DNA of 64,000 nucleotides, taken from Octopus vulgaris (Eukaryota). The first letter of the stretch is position 1. Each line of letters starts with the position of its first letter. Where the stretch lies: the NCBI GenBank assembly GCA_951406725.2, contig OX597823.1, forward strand, positions 43,586,001 to 43,650,000, written 5' to 3'. This document shows positions 1 through 14,244 of the stretch, one piece after another. The notes beneath the pieces are model-generated. The model was not told the DNA's origin and did no database searches. It saw nothing but the letters and a program-made list of their open reading frames with translations. Both the position numbers and the translations under genes were made by a program.

Positions 1-2272
1 AATTTACTGATCTATGCAGGAAGGGTAGTAGTCACCAGAAGGTTAGATATCTCACAGAGAAAGATTTAAAGAGAGCAAATGTGGAAAGGGAGACTACGAA
101 ATAAAGTGAAGACTTTAAGACAAGAACTGAGTAAAATAGAAGCCTGAAAACTGAACAAGTTAGGAAACGCAAGTTGCAAATCTTCCCTCGAGAAAAGATA
201 CTTAGTCAAAGATAAAGGATTTGGGACAGTAATAGCAGGGATAAAACAGCGTATCATAGCAGTAGCAGGCAAGCTCTCCTCATATCAGAAAATAATAGAT
301 CAGCATCAACGGAAAAGATTATTTGGGACAGAACAGAGGAGATTTAATAATGAAACAAATAGTGGAGAACGAAGTACTGAAGATGAGAAACCCAACGCAG
401 AAAAAAACTAGAAAGTATTGGAGTAATATTGTGGATAAACCAGTCAATCATAATGAAGATGCAGTATGGTTAAAGAAAGTGACGGAAGAAGTAGAAGTGA
501 GAAGCAGCCAGATCTAAGACTAACTAGTGCATTAATGAAGAAATTATTAAGAAAAATGCCGAATTATAAGGGGCCCAAGGCGAATTTTAGTGCAATGGTA
601 CTAGCTAGAGAAATTTAATAGTTTACATGGAAGGCCGGGGGAACAAATTCAAGATTGTCTTAATGGACGAAGAATAGCAGATTGGATTAATAGAAGGAGG
701 ACAATAATCATCATGAAAGATAAGAGTAAGGGTAATACAGCTAGCAACTATAGAAGAATCACTTGCTTACCATTGATGTGGAGGTTTTCAGGAGCTTTCA
801 TAAGCTTTTACGAGCACTCTAGCAAGCAGAATTTACTGCTAGAAGAACAGAAGGGTTGCAGGAAGAAGGCTAGAAGAACGCATGATCTATTATACATAAA
901 CAAGGCAGTTCTAAATGAAGTAAATGCTAGAAAGAAAAATCTAATAATAGCATAGATAGACTATAGAAAAGCCTATGACATGATCTAACACTCATGTATA
1001 ATTATATGTTTGAGTATATTCAGTATAGCAGACAACATAAGAGAATTAATTAGCTGTAGCATGAAGAAATGGTAAGTAGATCTCTATTCAGGTGACACAC
1101 TTTTCGGGAAATAATATCAAAAGAGGAATTTTCCAGGAGGACTCGTTGTACCCTTTAATATTTGTTTTGGTTGATCCTCCTCAGGTTAGTACTAAGGAAG
1201 ACAAAGGTAGGGTATCAATTCAGAAATAGTAGGGGGGAAATGAACCATTTGCTCTACATGGATGATATGAAGGTTTTTAGTAAGAATGAAAAAGAGATAG
1301 ATTCCTTAATACAAACTGTAAGACTCTTCAGCAAAGATATAGGCATGGAATTTGGTATAGATAAGTTTGAAATATTAGTCATGAGAAGGGGACAGGTATC
1401 AACAGCTAAGGCATCCAATTACCAGATGACCAGACATTAAAATCATTGAAAGAAGGATAGAGTTACAAATATATAGGAGTATTATAATCTGATAGAGTAC
1501 AGAAATGAAAACGAAAATTGAGGAGTACATCAGAAGGGTGAGAAAGCTAATGAAGTCAAAGCTAAATGGTCCGAATCTAGTGACGGCTGTAAATACTTGG
1601 GCAGTATCATTACTTAGATACTCAACAGCTTTTGTAGATTGAACAAAAACTGAATTAGCAAAGGTAAACAGAAGTGGGGAACAAACCAATATGAATGGAG
1701 GACTCCACCCAAGGGCAGGAGTAACAAGATTATAACTACCTAGATAGGAAGGCAGAGTTTTAATATAAGTATAAGACTGCGTGAAGTTAGCTAAGTATGG
1801 ACTCCTATGCAGTTAATAGTGAAGAAAGTTTATTAAAATCTGCTTCAGTCACAGCAAGACATAGGGAAACCAAACATCCAAACGAACTTAAAAACTAGAA
1901 AAAAGAACAGAAATTATCTGACTGGATTGAGTTGCATGGTAGATTCCCAAACATAGTTGCAGCAAATGATAGTAGTGAGACATGGTTATGGTTGCAGAAA
2001 AGAAAATGTGAAGTTGGAATCAGAAAGTTTGTTAGTAGCTGCACAAGATCAAGCATTAAGGACTAATTAGATAAAAGCCAAGATAGACCAAAAAGAAGTA
2101 GATTCCCAATGTAGATTACTCAAATGAAAAGAGGAAAGCGTTACTGATATAGTAAGTGACAGTAGCGTGCTGGCACAGAAAGAATACAAGAATAGACATG
2201 ACAATCTATCAAGAGTAACCCACTGAGAGCTATGTAGACAGCTAGGATTTGAACATATTGATAAACGGTATT
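1..2272 (+). mobile_element. Decayed R4/Dong-like (RLE-type) non-LTR retrotransposon, RT and C-terminal region, many stops and frameshifts
   Basis: Fragments NYRRITCLPLMW, EEQKGCRK, IDYRKAYD, NHLLYMDDMKVF and IGMEFGIDK, then AAQDQALRTN, a degenerate Cys knuckle and KEYKNRHD. A (TAA)n tract lies just downstream. Confidence 0.8.
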
Positions 2273-2436
2273 TAATAAGGGAGCACTGAGGTTAAAGAAC
2301 ATGTTAACTATATACTAATTTAATTAAATTGAATTATTTCAAGTTGCGGAGATACCGGTATTACCTTATATAAGCTGAGTATGAATTAATAGTGGTACAA
2401 ATATTAGATTTATTTAAGGTCACTATAAAATAATCA

Positions 2437-2441
2437 TAATA

Positions 2442-2524
<83 letters not shown>

Positions 2525-2525
2525 T
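2437..2525. repeat. (TAA)n microsatellite
   Basis: Direct reading. Confidence 0.97.
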
Positions 2526-3255
2526 TCTTATTTAAGCACAAGCCCGGGAAAAAGCTGGAAAGAGATTTTATTCGATACTTTCGGCCCTGTTGCATAATTA
2601 GTACATTGTTTTATAGAGGAATGACTGAAAATTGGCAAGGTTAACTTCGACGATATTTGAAGGCAGAACACAAAAGGTTTCATACAAGAAGTAATATGGT
2701 GTCGTATATCTTATAATATTGTGGAGATAAGAGCAGTATTTATGTATGCTTTTATATGTGTATGTCAGTCTATATGTGTATGAGAGTGTGTGCGTGTGTG
2801 TACATGTGTGTATGTATATAAGTATGCATGTATATATGTAATATGTATCTCTCTCTCTCTCACATATGATTACAAGATTATAATAAGGGCAACTACGAAT
2901 TCTTGGTACATACCAGAAGAAGACGCTAAATGGCTCTAAACTACTTTCTCACATAGATACTCGCTGAAAGCGAGGAAATGAACAAAAGAGATTTTTTTGA
3001 AAATGTTTAGCCATATATCGATCGTTTTCAGTTTTAGTGATGTAACACCACTATATCATCATCAGTATTACATAACCAAACTACACAATTATAAACAATT
3101 ATATATGTTGTACGAACACAACGTACCCACAGTGCATATACAAATGTTCGCACTTATATACAAGCTAAAAATATAGTTCATTCACCTCAGCGACGTTTGA
3201 ATTTGTTTATTCCCTCGCCTTCAGCGCGTGTCTATGTTATACATAAAGTAGTTTA

Positions 3256-3259
<4 letters not shown>

Positions 3260-3298
<39 letters not shown>

Positions 3299-3397
3299 TA
3301 TATATATCCTTCTTCCCTTCTTTCCTGAGCGTCCAATAATACTTTATTTGTTCCACATCCTTGCGTTGTTGTCTTTTTGTTTTCTTGTTTGGATTAA

Positions 3398-3441
<44 letters not shown>

Positions 3442-3673
3442 TATATACACACATATATATATATAAACCCATATGCAAAGACGTGTCTGCAGAAAGGCAC
3501 CCAGAAGTCATGACCTGGATTTGGCCCAGTTCACTTACAGTGTAAGAAGTTAAAGGCCAAAACACTTGCCGAAGTGTGGGAGGCTTCACTGGAACCTGCT
3601 GTTCAGCTCTCTTGATAGCTTCTTACCGCTATGTGTTTGTGTGTGTGTATGTGTGTGTCTGTCTCTGTGTGTG

Positions 3674-3710
<37 letters not shown>
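3260..3710. repeat. Cluster of (TA)n and (TG)n microsatellites
   Basis: (TA)n at ~3260-3307 and ~3400-3465; (TG)n at ~3632-3710. Confidence 0.95.
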
Positions 3711-3713
<3 letters not shown>

Positions 3714-4498
3714 GGCAAGTATATGTTTATATGTGTTATGATATTTTTATTGTATCTGTGTGTGAATATGTACGCGAGATGGCATTAAAAAATTTGTCTA
3801 ATATTTGCAGTCATCAAATATTTATCCTTCCCATATTTACACGAACCAGTATTTCAAAATAACATTTTTGTCCACTTGAACATATGCTTGGAAAGCAACC
3901 TGCCAACAAACAAAGTAAAAACAGAGAACATGACCTTATTTGACCTGTAACCCCACATAAATTTAAACTCACGCATCTGTATTAATGTACACGCGTGAAT
4001 GAACCCAAACAGAAATAGAAAAACCGATCATTGACTTCACTAAATATAACTATTCTAAGTGGATGATAGCTTAGTTTATCTTGAAATAAACTAAGACACC
4101 CACCCAAGCGGAACAATGTTTCATTACCTTGTTCTTCTTTTTTACTGACACCTCCCTTTTACCCGCTTTTTCTTCTCCCACTCCTTAGCTTAGACTTCTT
4201 TATTCTTCTCCCACTTCTTTCATTTCTTGATAACATATTTCTGCTCATCAAATGAAATTGTCCATAAAGATATTTCTTCATTTGTCACCAAAAAATGCAC
4301 TGTTAAACCACAACTAGCATGTAATCACTATACCACATCTGTAGGAAATAGCAAAACTTATAGGAAAACGCTTGGAAATCCAAAGAAATCGTACAGACTG
4401 ATGAATAGGCAACTACGACGAAACCTTGATGTTATTTCAAGTTCTTTCAGTTAGTTAACTTTCGTCATGTTGTCTGACGAATGTTAGAAACCAAAAGT

Positions 4499-4499
<1 letters not shown>

Positions 4500-4537
<38 letters not shown>
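4500..4537. repeat. (TG)n microsatellite
   Basis: Direct reading. Confidence 0.95.
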
Positions 4538-4539
<2 letters not shown>

Positions 4540-7127
4540 GTAATGCCATTCAATAGCGATTTGATTACTATTTCTAGAACCTTTTTTGATAGCATAGAAG
4601 CAAGAAAAGACAAATCTATGCCTTCTTACCCAGTTCTCTTTCACGCAGTATATTATGTCATATTATCAACAAAAGCCTTCTCATTTGCTATTGTGATGGC
4701 TACTGTTGCTACTATTTCTGGTCATTTTTGTTGTTGACGCTGTAATGGAAAGCTTACATAAGTTTTGAAGAACCTCACAGTAGGACTGGATGCTTTATAC
4801 TTTTGATGTTTTGCGTTTATATAGTATTTCTCTTCATGTTATCAGTTTGTTTTTATTCTCTTCCAAACAGACGAAACGTAAACACGAATTTTCTTCACTT
4901 ACTTCAAGCATCACAAAGACACAAACAGGATGCGTAGAGAATTAACTACTTTTTCTTCCCTAATATTTTCCTTAGTTATATTCATTTACATTTACATACA
5001 TGTACGTACGAACATATGGTTTTCTTGTCATCATCACCATATGCTGCAACCAAATTTTATCATATATTAAATTATACGTTATCCCCTTATTTAGTTATAT
5101 CTGAAATTTTTTTCTAGCCTTTATATATCTATATATTTACATTTTGCTTTAACGGTATAAGTAAACTAAGGTTAAAACTTACTACTTCAATTTATATTCC
5201 ACCCGTAATCTTTTAATAGGTATTCGTTTTAACAGTTCACTTTTTCTTACCCTTTAAGATGACAATCAAAATATCTTTTATTGGCCATCCTTGTCCCCAC
5301 TTCTCTTTGTCTTATATCACCACTCCCCCATCAGACATTCTCGTTTACCACCTCATGACCGATCCTTTTTGTGTTGATATAGCCGGAGGTAAAATTCCAT
5401 TTTCTCAGACAGTAATGATGATACTAATTAACTTGTAACTTCCTAAGCATCTAATTTTAGATGTTTTGAGACGTCATTCTCTCTATTGTCTTCGATATGT
5501 ATATAACGCGGTTACTACTCTCATTCATCGCTCTTCGCCCCCTCCCTCACTCTAGCCTATGCTAATTACCTGCTTGTCTGTCGCCGTACTGTCCTTTTTT
5601 CCATTCTGTCAAAATATTTAGCAGCGGAATCATTGTAAATATTTGCTATATTGATGCCATGAATATGCTTAAATATGTTTAAATAGCTAACTTGTCCTTT
5701 ATGTTTGAGGTCTCTGCGGTCATCGGATGTGAACGGCTTTCTTTGTAATGATGTAATGCTTCCATTGATCAATTTGAGGAGTCGCTCGAAACGGACGTAA
5801 TGAATTGACACTTACACATCTGTGTTACTCATTTATATTTTACCCACCTAGCCTGGAATCTGAACTTTGGAATTATTTGGAATATATAAAGTACATGCTT
5901 GAACAAACAAGAGCGGATTTATTCACTAAGTTGGATAGTGTCATTTGCATACACGACGAAAAATTTCAACAATAAGTATGAAGTTAAAGCAATAATGTAC
6001 GTCAGATGGTAGACCAAACTTGTAAGCCGAACCACGTTTCAGATATGCACAAAAGCTCATAAATAGTTATGATTTGACACTGGCATGATCAGGTGAACAG
6101 TGTTCCACCAATGAAATTCAAAATCAAAGAATTGATTGGACGGGCTCATTACAGTGGAAAATCAATACTGTTCACGTGCATAGGTCAAAGGTCATGTTCA
6201 CAGTTCACCTCTTATTGGCAGACTGTTGACATATTGTCATTAAGGAAGAGGGTGGTGGAAAGGAGGGGCATTATGATCGTCGGCGATAATAGGGGAGGGG
6301 AAGTGGATAAACACTAGGGACGTGGTAAAAGCATTCATTCACACCAAATAAGAGGTTGAAGTGTGAGGGACATCAATAACGGGGGTGGGGTTAGTAGACA
6401 CTAATGTACACATATCAAAAAAGAGGGTGCGCATTAATAGTTTTCATACCCAAATGTCAAAGGCTATGTTCACAGTTCACCCTGTGTTATCACACCATGG
6501 GCGGAAGGAAATTAAAGAAAATTTGTGCTGGAGTGGTGAAGGTGGGGACATAATGACCATAGGCAATTATGAGGTGGGGTTAAGTAAACACTAATGTACA
6601 CATATGAAATCAACGAGACAAAACTGCCTCACAATACTCGACGCGTGAGTAAACGGCAGAAATCGTAAGCAAAAAACTAAGTTTAATCCAGTAAATAACA
6701 AATTTAATGCGAATAAACTTGACAAAACATTAGTTCAAAGCAGTCAAATTAGCATGGATAATATTCTTGTCAAATTTGGAGCGAATCGGGTTTTGGTTAC
6801 ACGCAGGAGGTCTGGAAAATATAAAGTAGGTCATGACCACCCTTAGAGCATAAGCTATCCGTGTGTCAAGTTTGAGCGAAATCGATTGAAAAATGTGGAA
6901 ATGCATAACGTGCATACTCACACAGACGACTATTTTAATATATAGATATATATACATACATATATACATATACACATATACATGGTTGTGTGCTTGATTT
7001 CAGAGTTCGTTTTCATTGTTATGCAGTTCCATTTTTAAAAATGCTTTATATCACACTCTCTAGTTGACTAAAACATTATTCATGAAATTTGTTAGAAGAA
7101 AACTGTAATCTGAATATATACGGTGGT

Positions 7128-7245
7128 ATACATATATATTGTGTGTGTGTGTGTGTCTGTGTGTGTGTCTGTGTGTGTATGTGGGTGTGTGTGTGTGCGT
7201 GTATATATACATACATATATATATATATGTATATATATATACACG

Positions 7246-7281
<36 letters not shown>

Positions 7282-7509
7282 AGATACATATATAGGGTAG
7301 CGAATATTCGTTAGAAATATCACCACTAGTGGCCTAACATGTATAAATAATCAATAGACAACATATTCTTATTTTAAAATAGTGTACATTTAAACACAAG
7401 AGAAAACTACCCTTTGACAGGTAATTTCTACATGCTAGAAGAAGCAGCGAAAACGGCCAAAACCCCAATTTAATAGCAATTTTCGAAGGAAATGAAAATT
7501 TTGAACATA

Positions 7510-7550
<41 letters not shown>
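7128..7550. repeat. Compound (TG)n/(TA)n microsatellites
   Basis: Tracts at ~7130-7280 and ~7515-7550. Confidence 0.9.
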
Positions 7551-7555
<5 letters not shown>

Positions 7556-7686
7556 TTGAGTTGTGGGGTATCGCACGAGTGGGATTATATAAGAAAAAAG
7601 GTTTGAAAATGCAATTTAAACGATGTTTATTTACTTAACCGGTTTCACTCTTTGGTAAAAGATTGTCAAAAGTTACATTTAAGGAA

Positions 7687-7915
7687 ACATTGAATAATAT
7701 GGGTTCAAAAAAGTTTTTTACATAATTGTCACATTGAATATTATGCATTCAAAAAAGTTTTTTACATAATTGTCACATTGGATATTATGGGTTCAAAAAA
7801 GGTTTTTTACATAATTGTCACATTGAATATTATGCATTCAAAAAAGTTTTTTACATAATTGTCACATTGGATATTATGAATTCAAAAATGTTTTTTTATA
7901 CATAATTGTCACATT
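7687..7915. repeat. 44-bp minisatellite, ~5 copies
   Basis: Unit acattgRatattatgVRttcaaaaaagttttttacataattgtc starts at ~7687, 7731, 7775, 7820 and 7864. Confidence 0.92.
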
Positions 7916-8274
7916 ATTTGGGAAAATTTGGCAGAAAAGGATAAAACAAATATATTATTGGGAATTGGTTGCGTTAATTATTGGTTGTCGCAAATTGTCA
8001 CATTACATGTATATATATACAATCTTTGGTATATATATACAGCGTTTTGACAGCAAAAATTAAAATGGATTTTTTGTACATCTCAGAATATTTTAAGTAT
8101 GTTTTTACTGACCTGTCAGTATTAGCAGAAAGGCTGAACTGAGAGAACAGAAGAAGTAGCCAATGTGGTGTATACTTCCCCTTTATGCATGAATGATTTT
8201 GGGGTTATCAGGAGGTTAGTATGCGGGTGTGAATAGATGTGTCCGTGCCTGCTGGTCAGACAGCGTCTGTTTGT

Positions 8275-8490
8275 CACACACATATATATACACACAAACA
8301 CACACACACACAACACACACACACACACACATAGTATACAAACACACACCACATACAAACAACACACACACACACAGAACACACACACCCACACACAACG
8401 CACCCACATATATCACATATACACACAGCACACAAATATAACATGTATCTATATATAACATACACAGATATATAACACACATACACACAC

Positions 8491-8521
<31 letters not shown>

Positions 8522-9095
8522 CACACGCACACATACATACATAATATAAATATCACACAAATACACCTAGCATATATATACACACATACAATACACACAT
8601 ACAGCATGTAAGTAATATACATACACAATATATGCATGCAATATACATACGCAATACATACATATAATATATATATATATAGACAATGCATATACATATA
8701 TACACATATACATATAAATAGTGTTTACATACACATACATAGATGTACCACATATACACACAACACACATACATACAATGCATACACATACACGTACGCA
8801 TACATATAATATATATATACACACACACACACATAACATACATACACACACAATGCATACATATATATACACGCAATGCATATACATGTATTCATGCACA
8901 TATAGCACACCTACAATATACATATATACAGTGCACACATACACACAAATATATACACTTAATTGTACACGTACATATACAATACACATACATACAATAT
9001 ACATATACACAATGCGCATGCAAATAATGTACATGTTTATACACACATAAACATGCAAATAAATATACACACACACACACATACACACACACACA
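8275..9095. repeat. Degenerate CA/TA-rich simple repeat
   Basis: Long imperfect (CA)n/(CATA)n tract running into the gap. Confidence 0.95.
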
Positions 9096-9195
9096 NNNNN
9101 NNNNNNNNNNNNNNNNNNNNNNNNNNNNNNNNNNNNNNNNNNNNNNNNNNNNNNNNNNNNNNNNNNNNNNNNNNNNNNNNNNNNNNNNNNNNNNN
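9096..9195. other. Assembly gap (100 N)
   Basis: Run of N. Confidence 1.
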
Positions 9196-12118
9196 GGAAG
9201 TTGTCCAGTGTCTTCGGCTCGAACGTACGTCGGAACAGACTGGCCAGCTGATTATCGTCGAGACCTAGGGTTTCCCCCAAGGTATCTTCACATTCCGCCT
9301 CTACCAACCCTCTATAGAAGAATGTGGTGGAACCCCCACCGCAGGCGTTGCCCGAGCGACGGAATAGCAGGAGAGCCTTGCGACACTCCATGTACCATGT
9401 GCCTATTTTCGATCTACGATTCAGCCAGGTTTCCCATCCACCGAAACTAGTGAACTTGGGAAACATCAGTTTTGCTAGCGGAGACCACACCCGTTCACCA
9501 TCCAGGTAGAGCCACAGATGTCTTAACCTCAGCGCATGTCTGCGCATCATCAGCCAAGGCATCCCTAGCCCACCCTTTAACGGTTGTTGATAGCAAGTAG
9601 AGCGTTTCACAAGTGGTTTCCCGCCCTTCCACAAGAAGTAGAAGAGCTGTCTTTCCAACTTGATCAACCACGAATCGGGGCAAGGAACGACGGAAAGGCG
9701 GTAGGTGATAACCGATGCGATAAACATATTGGCTACCTCCGCCCTCCCTTTCAGGGATAGCCACCGCCAAGACCAGGTCTTGGTTACTGCAGCCACCCTG
9801 CTCGATACCTCGTCCCAATTCTTCTCTATTTGGAGGTCTGGACCGAACCAAACCCCTAGCAACTTAATCGGACCCTCCGTCCAACGTCCCACGACGCTGT
9901 CAGGAGGCATCGACTTGCCTCTCCAGGTGCCGAGTTGCAAGCCGACTGACTTTTCGCGATTAACTTTTGCTCTTGTCACCGTCTCGTAAACCTCTATGGC
10001 CTTGCCTACTTTACATAGGTGGTCCATTTCGGTTACGATGATGGTGATGTCGTCCGCGTACGCTGACACTGATTTTCCATTACCTGGCTGTCTCGGGATG
10101 CCGCTCAGTTTTCGCAGTAATGGCTCAAGAGCCATCACGTACAAAAGCGGGGAGAGCGGACACCCTTGACAAACCGAGCGCTTGATGTTGAACGGCTTCG
10201 ACAAGAAGCCGTTCACCCGAACTACCGAGTCGATGTTGTCGTAAATTTGGATAATCCACCTGAGGAAGCCAAGGCTCAGCCCGAACTGTGCCAGGGCAGA
10301 TACCAGGTAGCGATGGTCGACCCTATCGAATGCTTTAGATTAGTCTAAATGGACCAGTGCCCCACCCTTGCCAGAATCGCTATTAAACCCCTCTATAGTG
10401 TACCGCATTAGATGGAGATTATCCTGAATGGTTCTGCCAGGAACGGCACATGTCTGTGCCTCCCCGATCAGACCATCCGCGACACGCGCCAATCTTTTCG
10501 ATAACACTTTGGCCAAAATCTTCAACTCTGTGTTTAGCAGAGTGATGGGCCTGAAATTATCAATGCACTCCCCCTTGCTCGGGTCCTTTCTGACGAGTGT
10601 CACTACTCCCCGGCGCACAGATCTGGGTATGAGCCCGTTCTGCTGCCAGTTCGCATAGACCTCCGCCAGTAGGTGCCCGAACAAGTCTGGCATACTCTTA
10701 TATAACTTATAGGGTAGACCATCTAAACCCGGCGCCTTGCCCGCGCCGCAGTCCGCCATCGCCTCAACCACCTCCCCAGGCGTGATTGGCCCTTCACAGC
10801 CCTCCGCATCTCGCCCCGATAAGCGCGGCAGCCCGTCGAGGAGGCCCTCCTCCTATCCAGTCCGCCGCACTCACCGAAAAGCTGAGCGAAGTGCTCCTGA
10901 AAGGCCTCGCACATCTCCTCGGGCTCGTTTAACAACTCACCTTGTTGGTTCGTCAAAGATCGAATCGTGGCATCGTTACCACGCTGAGCTTCCACCACTC
11001 GGGCCCATCTCACGGCGTTGATTCCTTCACAACCCATATGGCGGATCCTAGCCCTGACAATGCAGCCCATGTGTTTGGCCTCGAGGTGCTGGTTTAACAC
11101 CAGTCTCTTGGACGACACCTGAGCCGCAGAGCCAGTTTTCAAGGCTTCCTCTAATTCCTTAACTAGAGTAGTTTCCCTCCTAGCCTCTCTAGCCACTACT
11201 CCTATGCTATATCTAATTGACTCGAACTTGATGGCTCGTTTGAGGGCGTACCACCATTTGTTATTAATGATGGTACCAGATAGTGCCCTCTGAATTATAT
11301 TCCTAATCCGGTCTTTGTACTCCTTAATCCGGTCTTTGTACTCCTTAATCCGGTCTTTGTACTCCTTAATTAAGTTTCCAATAACCGGATCCTCTATTTT
11401 TAACCTTATCTATGTCAAGCTTACAAGTGACCATTTTATGATCACTGTAGCTGACCGGGTAAAACTGTGGACACTTAGCTATTTTACTGTCTACTTTTCT
11501 AATTAGTATTCTATCTAAATATGACCTGGAAGATCCGTCGCTGTTTGACCATGTCCACAATGGAGCGTTCGGAAATTCCAGCCTATAAGGATCTGCTAGC
11601 TCAAAGCGGCTTAGCGGTTCCATGAAGCCACTGTTACCTTTTCTATCTGAACGCGAGCCAACACAATCTACATCCGCTTTGCAAATTGTGTTAAAGTCTC
11701 CTAGCACAACTAATGAATGCGAAGTACCAAGAAAGTTTTCTTGTACACGAAAATAATCACTTTGCCCTGTACTGTTGGGTGCGTAAATTACAACCAGTCT
11801 GATAACTTTACCGTTACTGAACGTCAAATCCATGACGACCAGCCTACCTTCTGGATCTGCAAAAATTAACTTTTTCTCAGAAACCCGGTTTCTTTTTAAT
11901 AGGACCAACACCCCACTCCCGCCCGTAGGACTGCCAGGAGAGAAAAAACTCTCGTAGCCGTCAAACAGCGTGAGCAGACCTCTTGGCCCCTCTAACCGGG
12001 TTTCTGTAGCAACAATAACATCTAAATTACGCGACCTGATATCATGCAGGAAGCGACCTTGCTTCCAGCCTGCTCCCAGGCCGCGCACATTCAAACAACC
12101 AACATAAATGTAATCTAT
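9196..12118 (-). pseudogene. ORF2 (APE endonuclease-RT), disrupted
   Basis: NVRG/GDFN/SDH endonuclease motifs and QGCPLSP/YADD RT motifs. The start ATG is mutated, there is a 22-bp triplication plus deletion near 11305-11370, and further frameshifts and a stop. Confidence 0.9.
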
Positions 12119-12127
12119 TACTTACCT

Positions 12128-13442
12128 TTATATCAGTGATTCGGTTTTTTCTTTTTCTTCTTTGTTTATCTCTTTTTCTGGGCCTCGTGGGGGAGTCTGA
12201 CGTAGGCCCTCGAATATATATGGAGATGTTAAATCCATTCTGAGCGGGCCTGCGTCATGAAAGAATTCGGACTTTATCCACCCGTAATCCTTCCGGCCTA
12301 TTCTGTAAACTATATAGTCATTCTTTTTTCCTATTTTTTCCACTTTGGCCATAGCTGCCAACACGTTCCCGAGTCTGTTGTTTGATGCCTTAACGGCCAT
12401 ATATGAGTTCATCGACTCTCTTTTCTTTTTTAAGTTCACTCTGGGAGGGGTGGTTTCCGTTTTTCTTTTTTTCCTGGTGATTTTTGACCACCCCTCCTCA
12501 TTGCTCTTTTTTTCCTCTGCTGATGGTTCTGCTGCCTCTGTCACCTCCACACCTTCAGTCGTCCCTTCTGGGCCGCCCGGCGCTGCTTCTGGTGACACTT
12601 CATCTTCTTTTCCACCTGGCTGAGGTGCTTCCTGCAGTTTGGGTTGGGGTTGGCATTCCGCCCTTACATGACCCTTCTTGCCGCAGCCGAAGCACCTCGG
12701 CTTTCTGCCCTCTACGAAAACTGTTACTCTATCTTCTTCACTTATTTTTAGAGTTTCTGGAATCTCCTCCAGTGTTTGAATTTCTGCCTGAATGGCTATT
12801 ACTATCCGCTGCCCTTTCCAGAATTCCTCCTCCTCTACTGTGGCCTGGAGGATGTTTATTTTTTCCTCCAGGCCTACCATGACTGCTGCCACCAGACATT
12901 CGGCATCTGCCTCTGGCGGAATGTTATTCATCGTGATTTTTGATGTTCTTTTTCCTCTATACAAGGGGAGGAGAATAATGTTCTCCGCTTTTATTGGCTC
13001 CATAGACAGTTTTTTTAGCTATCTCCTCTGTTGTGAAACGCACCTCTACTGTGCCGTATCTCTTTCCTATGATGTTTGTGATCTTGTCCATTAATGGTTT
13101 TAAGCAATTCTCGATTTTTTTTTTCCTCAATTTTTTGTATCATTTTGCTTGTCGTATTAAAGGTCTTATAGATTATTCTTCTTTTTTCGATTTCATCGTG
13201 TTTTTGGACGTTTGTGACCACTGTCACTTCCGTGCCCTCTTTTGTAACACAGTCCGCATATTTCTTTAAGTCATCTACGTTTATTTTTTTGATTTTCTTA
13301 CCAGCTACTTCTGAGAATTTTTTCGCTGGTGCTGGTGCAGGGGTTTCCTTTTTCTTTGGCGCCACCGCCTCTTTTTTCTTTGGCGACACCGCCGGAGATT
13401 CTTCTTCACTAGTCACGGGAGAATATGAGATGGGGATTCCAT
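12128..13442 (-). pseudogene. ORF1 gag-like protein (CCHC knuckle), frameshifted
   Basis: CFGCGKKGHVRAEC; split across ORFs 13015-13578 and 12128-13003. Confidence 0.88.
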
Positions 13443-13668
13443 CTCGAACAACTGGCTTAATAAGCCCTTGGTAAATCCAAGATAAATGGTATTTTTCCCC
13501 CACGGAGGGGGGAACACCACCACGAAGTCCTCGCACGAAGGCTGACTTCAACAGTTGTACAGCAATGAACAAAGACAAATAGACACACAGTAGAAAATAA
13601 CGTAGAAAATATACACTAAGGAAAATTGTAATAACTCACTACACATGTGGATTGCGTTCCGCCATGTT

Positions 13669-14244
13669 GTTTTATTATTACCCACAAGGGGCGAACATAG
13701 ATGGGACAATACAATCGGGAAAAATGAATAATGAATTATGAAGTTTGTACAATGTGATGTAATGCCCACTCGATCCACGAAATCGAGCGGTTACATTTCG
13801 TCATTTGTTTTTTATTCGTCAACAATATTTTCCAAATAAAACATTTTACACATTTTCAACATACATTTCAAAAATTTTACAAAGTTCAACATTTTTCTTT
13901 CTTCAGAATTTAAAGTTCTTTTTATCATTTCCAAATTAAAGTTTTCACAATACCTTTTCTTTTATATATACTCCATTATCTCTACCAAATCTTGGTAAAT
14001 TTCCATCGTTCGTGGCCACCTTGTAAGTCGGCATTTCATATGTTTTGTCACGTACTTGACAGCTGCCTCGATGAACGCCTCAGCGTCGTTCTCGTGGACG
14101 AGTGCACCTGTTTCTTTCCATTCGGTGCCCATCCTGACCCACGTATATCCATTTGTAACGTTTATTAAATCTTCCATCTCCTCACAGTGCCTGTGATGGA
14201 TCAACGTTCCATAGTATTTGAATTTTCTATTCGTACCTACGTTT
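13669..14244 (-). mobile_element. 3' part of a divergent A-like ORF1-only element (A2); unit 9
   Basis: C-terminal peptide HCEEMEDL...EIMEYI aligns with family A FCPEMKDL...TMIEYV. It has the A-type 3'UTR hairpin (ctcgat..atcgag) and the shared terminus. Confidence 0.8.

Larger units (their letters stand above)
9196..13668 (-). mobile_element. Tx1-clade two-ORF element (type E1), 3' end lost in the gap; array 1 unit 10
   Basis: 5'UTR, ORF1 and ORF2 nearly identical to the copy at 21286-26467. Confidence 0.93.

Noticed and set aside
3344-9095. Many C/V/Y/I/H/T-rich ORFs, including the C-terminal extension of ORF 8567-10216
   Set aside because: Translations of microsatellites; the long ORF reads through the N gap.
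10428-10658. Recurrent antisense ORFs (MVLPGTAHV..., MTNRA...)
   Set aside because: Shadows of ORF2 that recur only because the copies are near-identical.
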